Assembly: GCA_018399855.1 (NCBI GenBank) | Contig: JAGYNX010000001.1 | Location: 1 to 37,450, forward strand | DNA from: Spirochaetota bacterium | Lineage (GTDB): Bacteria; Spirochaetota; UBA4802; UB4802 | DNA: 37,450 bases | Direction of reading: 5' to 3' | Shown: piece by piece, positions 15,333 through 24,247 of the stretch | Layout: each line of letters starts with the position of its first letter | Numbering within the stretch: the stretch's first letter is position 1 | Translations under genes and position numbers: made by a program | The notes under the pieces: model-generated | What the model was told of the DNA's origin: nothing | The model's input: only the letters and a program-made list of their open reading frames with translations | Databases searched by the model: none

Positions 15333-17621
15333 ATGAATATACAACAACTCATAGAGTATCTCAAAAATCAGAACTCCTTTATGGAGAACGTATCACGATG
15401 GTGGACGGTTGAGCCGGTGGATCCGAAATTCGCCCCATTCCCCCCCGGGGCAGATTCGCAAATCGTTGATGTATACAGGAATCGTGGCATTGAGCAGCTA
15501 TACTCTCATCAGCGTGAAGCATATGACGCGGTAATGCGTAATGAAGATGTGATCGTCGTCACTCCAACGGCGTCGGGAAAAACCCTTGCCTATAATTTCC
15601 CGGTGCTGCAGCAAATGATCAGGGATTCCCAGGCCAGGGCATTGTACCTGTTTCCCACCAAGGCCCTGTCACAGGACCAGCTTTCAGAACTGCAGGAACT
15701 TATCGACACCGCCGAATGCCAGATCAAAACCTATACTTTTGACGGTGACACACCCCAGTCTGCCAGGAAGGCCATACGCTCTGCGGGAAATATCGTCATT
15801 ACCAATCCCGACATGCTGCATGCGGGTATACTTCCTCATCATACCATATGGGTGAACCTTTTTGAGAACTTGAAATTCATCGTAATAGATGAGATTCACA
15901 GCTACAAGGGGGTGTTTGGCAGTCACTTCGCCAACCTCATCAGGCGCCTGAAACGCATATGCGCATTTTACGGCAGTAATCCCCAGTTCATATGCTGCTC
16001 TGCCACCATCCATAATCCGAAAGAACATGCCGAGCAGCTGGTGAACCGCAATTTTACCCTTATCGACAACAATGGCGCTCCCAGGGGAGAAAAACATTAC
16101 GTAATATACAATCCACCTGTTGTAAACAGTCAGCTTGGCATCAGGGCATCGGCAGTCAAGGAAGCGGCAAAGGTGGGAGCCCTGATACTTAATAATAAAA
16201 TTCCCACAATTGTATTTGCACGAAGCAGGCTCAGGGTAGAGATAATCGCCACCTATCTGAAAAAGCAGTGCCAGGGTAAAAAAGTTGCCGCCTACAGGGG
16301 AGGATTTCTTCCCAGTGAAAGAAGAAACATCGAGAAAGGCCTGCGTAACAGCACTATACAGGGAGTGGTTTCCACCAATGCCCTTGAGCTGGGTATTGAC
16401 ATCGGTATGCTTGACACAGCAGTTACCGTGGGTTATCCCGGTTCAATTTCATCCCTGCATCAACAGTTTGGAAGGGCCGGAAGGCGTGGCACCGCGTCAC
16501 TGTCTATCATGATTTCTACCAGTTCTCCCCTTGACCAGTACATCGCTGCCAACCCGGAGTTCGTTCTTTCGTCCAACCCCGAATCGGCAACCATAAATCC
16601 TGACAACATCCTGATCTTGATGGACCACATAAAATGCGCTGCCTTTGAGCTCCCCTTTTCTTACGACGAACGTTTCGCGGATCATCTCAGCACAACCAGG
16701 GAGATGCTGGAATACCTTGAAGAGATGGGTATTCTTAAAAGTGCCGAAGGTAAATATCACTGGATGAGCGATATCTATCCCGCAAACGAGATATCACTTC
16801 GCACCGCGTCACATGAAAACTTCGTTATAGTAGACAAGCATGACCATGCAACCGTGATAGGTGAAGTAGACTATACTTCCGCTCCCACCCTGATACATGA
16901 AGACGCCATCTACATTCACCAGGGACGCCAATATTACATTGATAAACTTGACTGGGAACGGCATACAGCCTTCTGCCACGAGATTGAATCGGATTACTAC
17001 ACCGACGCCGAGGAGAAAACCGATCTTCATGTTCTTGAACAGCATCAGTATCGAAGCATGGGCAACGCTGTAATCTCACTTGGCGAGCTCAACGTCAGAA
17101 CCAAGGCAATCATGTTCAAAAAGATCAAGTTCAATTCACATGAAAACCTGGGATGGGGAAAAATATTTCTACCCGAACTCGAGATGCATACCTCGTCGGT
17201 ATGGATCGATTTTGACAACTCATTTCTCGAACAGGCAGCAGGCAGGGAAGGTGCCGGCGAGATACTGTATTCTATCGCCTATATACTGCGAAACATTGCC
17301 CCGCTTTTTACATTAAGCGACATTTCGGATATTCATGTACAGCACCAGACCCGGTCAGGCTTCAGTGGAGAACCCGCAATATATATTTATGATTCTACTC
17401 CCGGGGGCGTTGGCATTTCCGAAAGAATTTATCATATTATAGATACTATCATCAATGAATCAATAACTGTTATAGCCGGATGTACCTGTGAAAACGGATG
17501 CCCCGGCTGCATCGGGCCAATACCCCATGACAGCGGAAACGCAAAATCCATGGTTATACAGGTACTCAGGACACTGCTATATGAACCTGAAAGACAAGCT
17601 CAAAATATACAGCTCCACTGA
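15333..17621 (+). CDS. mrfA: MrfA/YprA-like DExH-box helicase with a C-terminal 4-Cys zinc domain (DUF1998/MZB)
   Basis: SF2 motifs TPTASGKT (I), VIDEIHSY (II), CSAT (III) and HQQFGRAGRRG (VI). C-terminal CTCENGCPGC cluster. Confidence 0.8.
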   Translation: MNIQQLIEYLKNQNSFMENVSRWWTVEPVDPKFAPFPPGADSQIVDVYRNRGIEQLYSHQREAYDAVMRNEDVIVVTPTASGKTLAYNFPVLQQMIRDSQARALYLFPTKALSQDQLSELQELIDTAECQIKTYTFDGDTPQSARKAIRSAGNIVITNPDMLHAGILPHHTIWVNLFENLKFIVIDEIHSYKGVFGSHFANLIRRLKRICAFYGSNPQFICCSATIHNPKEHAEQLVNRNFTLIDNNGAPRGEKHYVIYNPPVVNSQLGIRASAVKEAAKVGALILNNKIPTIVFARSRLRVEIIATYLKKQCQGKKVAAYRGGFLPSERRNIEKGLRNSTIQGVVSTNALELGIDIGMLDTAVTVGYPGSISSLHQQFGRAGRRGTASLSIMISTSSPLDQYIAANPEFVLSSNPESATINPDNILILMDHIKCAAFELPFSYDERFADHLSTTREMLEYLEEMGILKSAEGKYHWMSDIYPANEISLRTASHENFVIVDKHDHATVIGEVDYTSAPTLIHEDAIYIHQGRQYYIDKLDWERHTAFCHEIESDYYTDAEEKTDLHVLEQHQYRSMGNAVISLGELNVRTKAIMFKKIKFNSHENLGWGKIFLPELEMHTSSVWIDFDNSFLEQAAGREGAGEILYSIAYILRNIAPLFTLSDISDIHVQHQTRSGFSGEPAIYIYDSTPGGVGISERIYHIIDTIINESITVIAGCTCENGCPGCIGPIPHDSGNAKSMVIQVLRTLLYEPERQAQNIQLH

Positions 17622-18792
17622 AGCAACCGCCCAACACTCTGACCCGGTCGTATTTCTCGAGTCGCTTGGTGGAGCCCGCATAACTAACGGCAGCTCGGTA
17701 TTCTGGAAATTCACCGAGACCTACCCCCTGCACACCATTCTCCCTGAATATTCCGGCATATCCGGTGATACACAATTGCGGGGATACTCCGCCTTCCAGG
17801 GACAGGGAGAGATGTACGACCTGGCTTCACTGCTTTTTTTCGACCTTGAAACCACATCCCTGTCCACCGGAACCGGTAATTACCCCTTTCTAACCGGGAT
17901 CGGGTATGTCAGTGGAGATAATTTCGTTGTGGAACAGTTTTTCATGCAGGATTATTCATCAGAAGCAGCCATATTACGTGACCTGCTGCAATATTTTCAT
18001 TCATTTCCTTCCCTTGTCACGTTCAATGGCAAAAGCTTTGATGTACCACTTATCAAAATCCGTTACAGGCTCAACCGTGTTCCGGGATTTCCAGTGCACA
18101 TGCATAATGTTGACCTGTTGCATCCCTGTCGTGCCATGTTCCGATCGGTATACGACAGCTGCTCACTCAAAACCATGGAAGAGCGATCCCTGGGTATTTT
18201 CAGGGAGAACGATATTCCGGGCTGGCTTATCCCCGATGTTTTCTTCACCTTCCAGAAAGAAGGCTCTGACCCCAGGCTGGCAAACGTTATCCGGCACAAC
18301 AAGGTAGATATAACCTCTATGGCCACACTTTTGCTATTTATAGATGGTATGTACCAGGTGGTTCGGGAAGGTGATTACCACAAGCTGCCAGACATGACCC
18401 ATCTTAATATTGCACGGCATCTCTATAGGAGGGATATCGACCTGTTTATCGATATCGTTAATTTTTGTGGTCATTCCATACTGCTGGACCACTCACTATT
18501 CAAGAAGTACAGTACCGCCCTTAAACGAAAAGGAATGCGTGATCAGGCCATTACATTCTGGAATGAGGACAGGTCACTTTATTCTCTTGAAGAACTGGCA
18601 AAGCACAGTGAACACATAGAAAAAGACTACTTACAGGCATCCAAATATTGCCAAACAGCATTTGACCTTATTGATCGTGGTTTTTATTCCATTGAGGGAA
18701 CTCCACTTGACAACGAAAGGAAAGAGATGCTGCATAATCGCTTCACAAGGAGACACAACCGCCTTCAGAAAAAAATCGAGAATAACCGTTGA
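17581..18792 (+). CDS. mrfB: MrfB/YprB-like DEDDh (RNase H-fold) exonuclease with a helical C-terminal domain
   Basis: FFDLETTS (Exo I), FNGKSFDVPLI (Exo II), HNKVDITSM (Exo III, H-x4-D). Start chosen at the ATG at 17581 (MNLKDKLKIY). The alternatives at 17488 and 17527 overlap mrfA more deeply. Confidence 0.7.
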   Translation: MNLKDKLKIYSSTEATAQHSDPVVFLESLGGARITNGSSVFWKFTETYPLHTILPEYSGISGDTQLRGYSAFQGQGEMYDLASLLFFDLETTSLSTGTGNYPFLTGIGYVSGDNFVVEQFFMQDYSSEAAILRDLLQYFHSFPSLVTFNGKSFDVPLIKIRYRLNRVPGFPVHMHNVDLLHPCRAMFRSVYDSCSLKTMEERSLGIFRENDIPGWLIPDVFFTFQKEGSDPRLANVIRHNKVDITSMATLLLFIDGMYQVVREGDYHKLPDMTHLNIARHLYRRDIDLFIDIVNFCGHSILLDHSLFKKYSTALKRKGMRDQAITFWNEDRSLYSLEELAKHSEHIEKDYLQASKYCQTAFDLIDRGFYSIEGTPLDNERKEMLHNRFTRRHNRLQKKIENNR

Positions 18793-18823
18793 CGTTCCGG
18801 CCATACATTGTAAAAACTCCTTC

Positions 18824-19549
18824 ATGAAACCCTATACTGACCTTGCACCGGCATATGACTCAATGCTCAGGCATGTGGATTACGAGAAATGGTACCAGTA
18901 TCTCAAATCCATTATGCACAATTTCATTCTTGAACCCAGCCTTCTGCTTGAACTTGGGTGCGGTACAGGCAGGTTTGGTGCGAAGTTCTCAAGGGATAAT
19001 TACAATATATACGGAATGGACCGATCCATTGAAATGTTACGGGTTGCCAGGGCAAGGGCCTTTAAGAATTTTCATATTTTTTGTGGTGATATTACACAAT
19101 ACTCCCTGAAACAAAAGTTTGACTTTATTTTTTCAGTACACGATACCATGAACTATCTTACCTCAATAGACGATATCAGAAAGGTGCTGCGACACACCCG
19201 CGAGGTAATGAACAGGTACAGCATATTCATGTTTGATATGACATCTGAATATAATATCTTAAATAATTTTGACGGAAAAACTACAAAGTACACATCGGGA
19301 GGCACACGCATTCTCTGGGACAACGAATATGACGACAAGAAAAAACTGGTATATTCATACCTGACATTTCAAAAACCTGATGGCACGTCTACAATGGAAA
19401 CACATGTTCAGAGAATCTACGAGGTTGATGAAATAGCCCCGATTATCAGGGAAGAGAAACTGGAACTTATAGATGTATTCAGTGATTACACTTTCGCTCC
19501 CGTATATGATAAAACTGTTATGTCTAATTTTGTATTACGGAAACGGTAA
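18824..19549 (+). CDS. Class I SAM-dependent methyltransferase (small-molecule type)
   Basis: Track ORF trimmed to the ATG at 18824. Motif I LELGCGTGRF, post-I YGMDRS, FDFIFSVHDTMNYL. No (D/N)PP(Y/F) or PCQ DNA-methyltransferase motifs. Confidence 0.75.
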   Translation: MKPYTDLAPAYDSMLRHVDYEKWYQYLKSIMHNFILEPSLLLELGCGTGRFGAKFSRDNYNIYGMDRSIEMLRVARARAFKNFHIFCGDITQYSLKQKFDFIFSVHDTMNYLTSIDDIRKVLRHTREVMNRYSIFMFDMTSEYNILNNFDGKTTKYTSGGTRILWDNEYDDKKKLVYSYLTFQKPDGTSTMETHVQRIYEVDEIAPIIREEKLELIDVFSDYTFAPVYDKTVMSNFVLRKR

Positions 19550-19560
19550 AAAGGTATAAT

Positions 19561-19920
19561 ATGGAATACTTTCTCTATTTCATTGGCTTCGTAGCCGGCG
19601 TTGCAATTTTTCTGTATCTTTTTTCGCTGGTTGAAGACAGCAGGGAGAAGTTTCAGAAAAAAACTACAACCCCTGCCGGCACCGAAAAGAAACCAGTGCA
19701 GCAACCCGAAAAAGGTGAAACCACAGCCAGGAGCTATACCTTTCCGCGGGAACGCATCTGTCCCCTCTGCGGTGCCAGTCTCAGTAAGTACGAGGCACTG
19801 TATGCCTCACAGGTAAAAGAAGGGGAGAACAAAAAGATTCTCATATACGGCTGCAAGTATTGTTATAAGCCCGATGAAGACTCCGAACAGAGAAAGGTCA
19901 CAAACATTACTGACGGGTAA
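19561..19920 (+). CDS. Membrane-anchored zinc-ribbon protein, 119 aa
   Basis: N-terminal TM YFLYFIGFVAGVAIFLYLFSLV, a Lys/Thr/Pro-rich linker, and C-terminal CPLC...x29...CKYC. Lies 11 nt after the methyltransferase gene. Confidence 0.6.
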   Translation: MEYFLYFIGFVAGVAIFLYLFSLVEDSREKFQKKTTTPAGTEKKPVQQPEKGETTARSYTFPRERICPLCGASLSKYEALYASQVKEGENKKILIYGCKYCYKPDEDSEQRKVTNITDG

Positions 19921-19955
19921 TATTGTAACGCTTAGAAGATAGAGTATACATACCC

Positions 19956-20633
19956 TCAATCATCCATATTAAACCTGTTAATATCAAGGCCGAAGGGGCC
20001 AATAGCCAGTGGGAACTCACAGAACTCGTGGAATTTCGTAGGATAGGCAGTACCGCTATTTTCATCAACGGTGTTGCTCATAACAGCAACCTGTTGCCTG
20101 TATGCAGGCCCCATGGGGAATACCATCTTCCCCCCCGGTTTAAGGTGAGCCGTTAACGGTATGGGACGTTTCTGGCAGGCTGCACAAATAATAATTGCAT
20201 CAAAACGTCCAATTTCATCCTCCAGGTAAAAACCGTCTCCGGCAAACAACCGTACATTTGAAATATCAACATTATTCATCTTAAGACGGGCTTCACGTGC
20301 AAGGTTTTCCAGGAACTCAATACTAAACACATCTTCAGCCATAAATGATAATAACGCGGTTGAATACCCGGAACCAGTTCCAATCTCCAGCACCTTAGAG
20401 GTCTTTTTCAAATCAAGGTAATGCAGCATCCTGGCAAGTGCTACAGGGGGATCGCTCATATTGCCCGACCCGATGGGCACAGGTTGCTCTGTATACAGCT
20501 TCTTTGAGAAGGCTTCATCAAAAAAATCAAGCTGCTTTACCTGCTCATATGCTTCTATGACTTTTTTTCTAACTTTATTTTTTCGTAGTAACTTAATAAA
20601 CTCTTCTTTTTTCTTTTTCATGACATCCTTCAT
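19956..20633 (-). CDS. pcm: Protein-L-isoaspartate O-methyltransferase family
   Basis: VLEIGTGSGYSTALLS motif I, DAIIICAA, GGKMVFPMG. Collinear with Pcm, with a short Lys-rich N-terminal extension. Confidence 0.75.
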   Translation of the reverse strand: MKDVMKKKKEEFIKLLRKNKVRKKVIEAYEQVKQLDFFDEAFSKKLYTEQPVPIGSGNMSDPPVALARMLHYLDLKKTSKVLEIGTGSGYSTALLSFMAEDVFSIEFLENLAREARLKMNNVDISNVRLFAGDGFYLEDEIGRFDAIIICAACQKRPIPLTAHLKPGGKMVFPMGPAYRQQVAVMSNTVDENSGTAYPTKFHEFCEFPLAIGPFGLDINRFNMDD

Positions 20634-20725
20634 TTTTACTAAATGGTGAAATATAATAATTCAACGTGTAGTTATAAAACCCGATGTAATAGTATTTTTT
20701 TATTGCAACAATAAGGAAAACCGCG

Positions 20726-21505
20726 TTATTCTACCAGTTGCATTAAATATGTTAAAAAATAATCAGAAATAAGAATGGCCATCGATGACTTCACCACAGC
20801 CTGTATCGTGGACTTCCCTACCCCCTCGGCCCCACCCCTTGTTGCAAACCCCTGGTAGCATGATATAATTGCAATTTCAATTCCAAAAAACACCGATTTA
20901 AAGAGTCCCGTGAGAAAATCGGCCAGGGTAAGATATTGAAATACATTCTCCACGTATTTTGTAAATGTTATTCCAAGTCCAAATTGAGCAATGAAGGCTC
21001 CCCCAAGCGATCCCACAACGTCTGTAATAATTGTAAGAGTGGGTACCATCAACAGGCATGCCAGAAAACGTGGAACCGAAAGGTAATGTATGGGATTGGC
21101 ATCCAGTGTAACCAGGGCATCTATCTGTTCTGTCACCTTCATGGTGCCAATCTCTGCGGCAATTGCAGATCCCACACGCCCAGCCAGGAGCAGTGCCGTA
21201 AGCACGGGGCACAGCTCTCTGAACATGGATATAGTTACCGCGCTGCCAATAAAAATCGAAGAGCCGGACATCAGCTTATCCATGGCCTTGCCAATCTGTA
21301 GAGCCATAACCATACCAGTGAAGAAAAGGGTAATGGTGGTTACCGGCAGTGACCGGTAACCGATCTCCAGCATCTGCTGCATTATGTTCTTGTAATCAAA
21401 GGGACGGCGAAAAGTCCATCGAACTGTTTCCTTGAGAAAGATCAGGTGACCGCCCAATTCTTCGAAAATACTTATGATACGGTTCGCTGTCTTATCAGAA
21501 TTCAT
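20726..21505 (-). CDS. mlaE: MlaE/YrbE-family ABC transporter permease
   Basis: 259 aa. The N-terminal cytoplasmic region FLKETVRWTFRRPFDYKNIMQQMLEIGYRSLPV is characteristic of MlaE, followed by about 5 TM segments. Confidence 0.8.
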   Translation of the reverse strand: MNSDKTANRIISIFEELGGHLIFLKETVRWTFRRPFDYKNIMQQMLEIGYRSLPVTTITLFFTGMVMALQIGKAMDKLMSGSSIFIGSAVTISMFRELCPVLTALLLAGRVGSAIAAEIGTMKVTEQIDALVTLDANPIHYLSVPRFLACLLMVPTLTIITDVVGSLGGAFIAQFGLGITFTKYVENVFQYLTLADFLTGLFKSVFFGIEIAIISCYQGFATRGGAEGVGKSTIQAVVKSSMAILISDYFLTYLMQLVE

Positions 21506-21529
21506 AAAAACCCCAGGTAAATACCGGTG

Positions 21530-22861
21530 TTATTGGACAGGATGTGACTTCTCCAGTGAGCCGAACTTGGTAAACTTTTCCCAAAACCTGAGTTCTATTG
21601 TACCAATAGGACCGTTTCTCTGTTTTGCCACAATAATATCGGCAATGCCTTTTCGTTCGGTATCTTTTTTAACCCTTTCTTCGCGGTATATGAACATTAC
21701 AACGTCAGCATCCTGCTCAATGGCACCTGATTCCCGAAGGTCAGAAAGCTGGGGTATCTGATCAGTTCGTGACTCAACTGCACGTGACAACTGGGAAAGC
21801 GCAATAACCGGAACATCAAGTTCACGGGCCAGCTGTTTCAGCGCGTTCGATATTTCGGCAATCTGCTGATGCCTTTCCATACGGGATGTAGAAGCAATCA
21901 ACTGAAGATAGTCTACAATAACAAGCCCCACTTTTTCACGCTGTGCTATCCTTCGTGCCCTGGCCCGCAAATCAAAGATATTTAGACCGGGTGTGTCATC
22001 AATGAATATCGGCGTTTTTTCCAGTTTTCCTGCCGCCTGCACCAGTTTCTTCAATTCTTCCGCGCTTATAGATCCTGTTCGTACTTTCTGCGAATCAATC
22101 ATGGCTTCGATACAGAGCATCCTGGTTGCAAGTTGTGTTGCCGGCATTTCAAGGGAAAAGAAAAGTACAGGCTGTTTATCTTTTAACCCAACGTGATTAG
22201 CAATATTTAACGCAAGAGCTGTTTTCCCCATTGAAGGGCGGGCAGCCATGATAATCAATTCTGACTCATGAAATCCCGTCAGTATTGTATCCATATCTAT
22301 GTACCCGCTTGAGAGACCTGTCACCGGCTTTTTGGTTTCATACATATACCCGATGTTCTCCATGGTTTCACGAAGAACATCCGCTATACCCATAAGTTCG
22401 GATGTTATCCTTCGCTGGGTAACCTTGAAAATCTCTCTTTCTACTTCATCCAGAAGGGTTTTTGTGTCACGTGAGGTGTCGTATGATTTTTCGATAATTT
22501 CTGATGATACCTGTATTAACTTCCGTCTCAGGCTAAGTTCTTTTACCCTGTTCGCATAAAACTCCGCATTGGCAGATGTGGATACAGTTCTGTATAAATC
22601 GACCAGGGCGGTGTCGCCCCCAATCTTATCAAATACCTTCGCATCGATAAGCCGCTGCTTTACCGTTATCAGGTCTATCGGCATACCTTTCTTTTCCAGC
22701 TCACCGATGGCCGAATACACTGTTCTGTGCACATCAAGATAAAAATCCTCCGGCTGGAGGATTTCTAATACCTTGAGCAGCGCTTCCTTGCTAAGAAGTA
22801 TTGAAGCAAGACAAGAAGCTTCTGATTCTACATCCTGTGGCGGCAATGTCTCGATTGCCAT
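21530..22861 (-). CDS. dnaB: Replicative DNA helicase DnaB
   Basis: PPQDVESEASCLASILL N-terminal domain, Walker A ARPSMGKTA, Walker B VIVDYLQL, RecA-like C-terminus. Start moved to the ATG at 22861, which has AGGAG 7 nt upstream. The track start at 22888 overlaps rplI. Confidence 0.9.
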   Translation of the reverse strand: MAIETLPPQDVESEASCLASILLSKEALLKVLEILQPEDFYLDVHRTVYSAIGELEKKGMPIDLITVKQRLIDAKVFDKIGGDTALVDLYRTVSTSANAEFYANRVKELSLRRKLIQVSSEIIEKSYDTSRDTKTLLDEVEREIFKVTQRRITSELMGIADVLRETMENIGYMYETKKPVTGLSSGYIDMDTILTGFHESELIIMAARPSMGKTALALNIANHVGLKDKQPVLFFSLEMPATQLATRMLCIEAMIDSQKVRTGSISAEELKKLVQAAGKLEKTPIFIDDTPGLNIFDLRARARRIAQREKVGLVIVDYLQLIASTSRMERHQQIAEISNALKQLARELDVPVIALSQLSRAVESRTDQIPQLSDLRESGAIEQDADVVMFIYREERVKKDTERKGIADIIVAKQRNGPIGTIELRFWEKFTKFGSLEKSHPVQ

Positions 22862-22874
22862 TGACAACTCCTGA

Positions 22875-23318
22875 TTATTCTTTATCAACTATTACCTTGA
22901 TGGTGGCAGTAACACCCTCATCAAGCTTAACCGGAACCTCGTATTCACCTTTTTTCTTGATGGGTTCATCAAGCTGAATCTTTCGCTTATCAACCAGGTA
23001 ACCTTTATCGGCCAGGTGTTTAGCAATATCCATCGAGGTAACGGATCCAAACAGCTTATCTTCTTCTCCAACCTGTGCGATTATCTTTATCTCCATGTTG
23101 GCAACAGATTCGGCCATTTTTTCACTCTGGCTTCTTCGCTTATCTTTTTTAAAATTGATAAGTTTTTTCTGATGACGTATTGCCCGTTCGCTGGATTCAT
23201 TGTATTGAATTACGAGCTTTTTTGGAAGCAAAAAGTTGCGTGCATATCCGTCAGCTACTTCCTTCACATCTCCCGCGTCACCCAGATTTGGAATATCTTT
23301 CTGTAATATAACCTTCAT
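22875..23318 (-). CDS. rplI: 50S ribosomal protein L9
   Basis: MKVILQKDIPNLGDAGDVKEVADGYARNFLLP is the canonical L9 N-terminus. Confidence 0.9.
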   Translation of the reverse strand: MKVILQKDIPNLGDAGDVKEVADGYARNFLLPKKLVIQYNESSERAIRHQKKLINFKKDKRRSQSEKMAESVANMEIKIIAQVGEEDKLFGSVTSMDIAKHLADKGYLVDKRKIQLDEPIKKKGEYEVPVKLDEGVTATIKVIVDKE

Positions 23319-23357
23319 AACACTTACTCCAGTATAATGATTGTGTTCAATTCTTTA

Positions 23358-24245
23358 CTATTTTTCCCCATCAGCTGATATTGATGAGATCTTTCTGAAA
23401 TCCATCCAGAAATCAACAGACCCAATCCCCAAAAGTAACATAAGTACAAAGAGGATAACGGCAGGCCCCAGCAATAAGGAAACCAGGAATATAATGGGAA
23501 GTATAAAAGACGGCCATCCCCTGGACATAAAGATAAACTTCAATATGCCTGTTCCCTGGATAATATAAAATACAGACATGATCAGCGCAATATTCAATGC
23601 TGGCAGGTACAAATATAAATATTGCTGTGATGGAACCAGCAATACAATAAGCCAGCCGGCAATTAGAACAAAAATACTGTAATCATTCAGTTTAAACCGT
23701 TCTACTCCTGGCACTTCCAGCATCTTAACAAATCCCATTCGGGCAAAAAGACACCTGAGAAGAGCAAAACTGATCATTGCAAATACCAGCACATTTAAAA
23801 AATACGAGAAAGGGACCATTTTCCTGATAATGGGCATGGACTGGTCTACTCGTTCCATAACTTCCTGTTTTTCCCCGGAATTCATTTCTGAACTTTCCAG
23901 CATATTCTCAAACTGTATCCGGGATTGCTTCATAAGGTCAACACCCTTTACCGTTTTCAGCATGTAAAAATTAAGGGTAAAGAGAATTGTCAACATTACC
24001 GTTGAAATCAAAAGAAAAAACTGGTAACTTCGACCGTTTTTAAATGTAAACCCTGCGCATCCACCGGTAATAACCGGTGCGAGAATATATGAGAAGGTTT
24101 CACCCTTACTAAGCATTATTATCATCGCAGCCACCAACACCGGAATAAGAAACACTATTACCTTCCACTGGTATTGGTATACCATGATGGCTGTTCCTGC
24201 CACCAGGGCAAATCCAATTACTGCTGCAATTATCAGCTCAATCAC
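23358..24245 (-). CDS. DUF2232/YybS-like polytopic membrane protein
   Basis: Multi-TM protein in the position occupied by yybS in rpsR-yybS-(gdpP)-rplI-dnaB clusters. Confidence 0.6.
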   Translation of the reverse strand: MIELIIAAVIGFALVAGTAIMVYQYQWKVIVFLIPVLVAAMIIMLSKGETFSYILAPVITGGCAGFTFKNGRSYQFFLLISTVMLTILFTLNFYMLKTVKGVDLMKQSRIQFENMLESSEMNSGEKQEVMERVDQSMPIIRKMVPFSYFLNVLVFAMISFALLRCLFARMGFVKMLEVPGVERFKLNDYSIFVLIAGWLIVLLVPSQQYLYLYLPALNIALIMSVFYIIQGTGILKFIFMSRGWPSFILPIIFLVSLLLGPAVILFVLMLLLGIGSVDFWMDFRKISSISADGEK

Positions 24246-24247
24246 AA

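Noticed and set aside
17488-17580. Longer N-terminus of the mrfB ORF given in the track
   Set aside because: It would overlap mrfA by 134 nt and encodes a non-conserved-looking peptide (MKTDAPAASGQYPMTAETQ..). The ATG at 17581 gives an N-terminus (MNLKDKLK..) more typical of this family. The choice remains unverified.
15333-19920. Calling the helicase module a DISARM or other named defence system
   Set aside because: There is no PLD-nuclease (DrmC-like) gene and no separate DrmB-like DUF1998 gene. The methyltransferase lacks DNA-methyltransferase motifs. The fused helicase-zinc-knuckle plus DEDDh partner is more simply explained as MrfA/MrfB, and the flanking genes are housekeeping.
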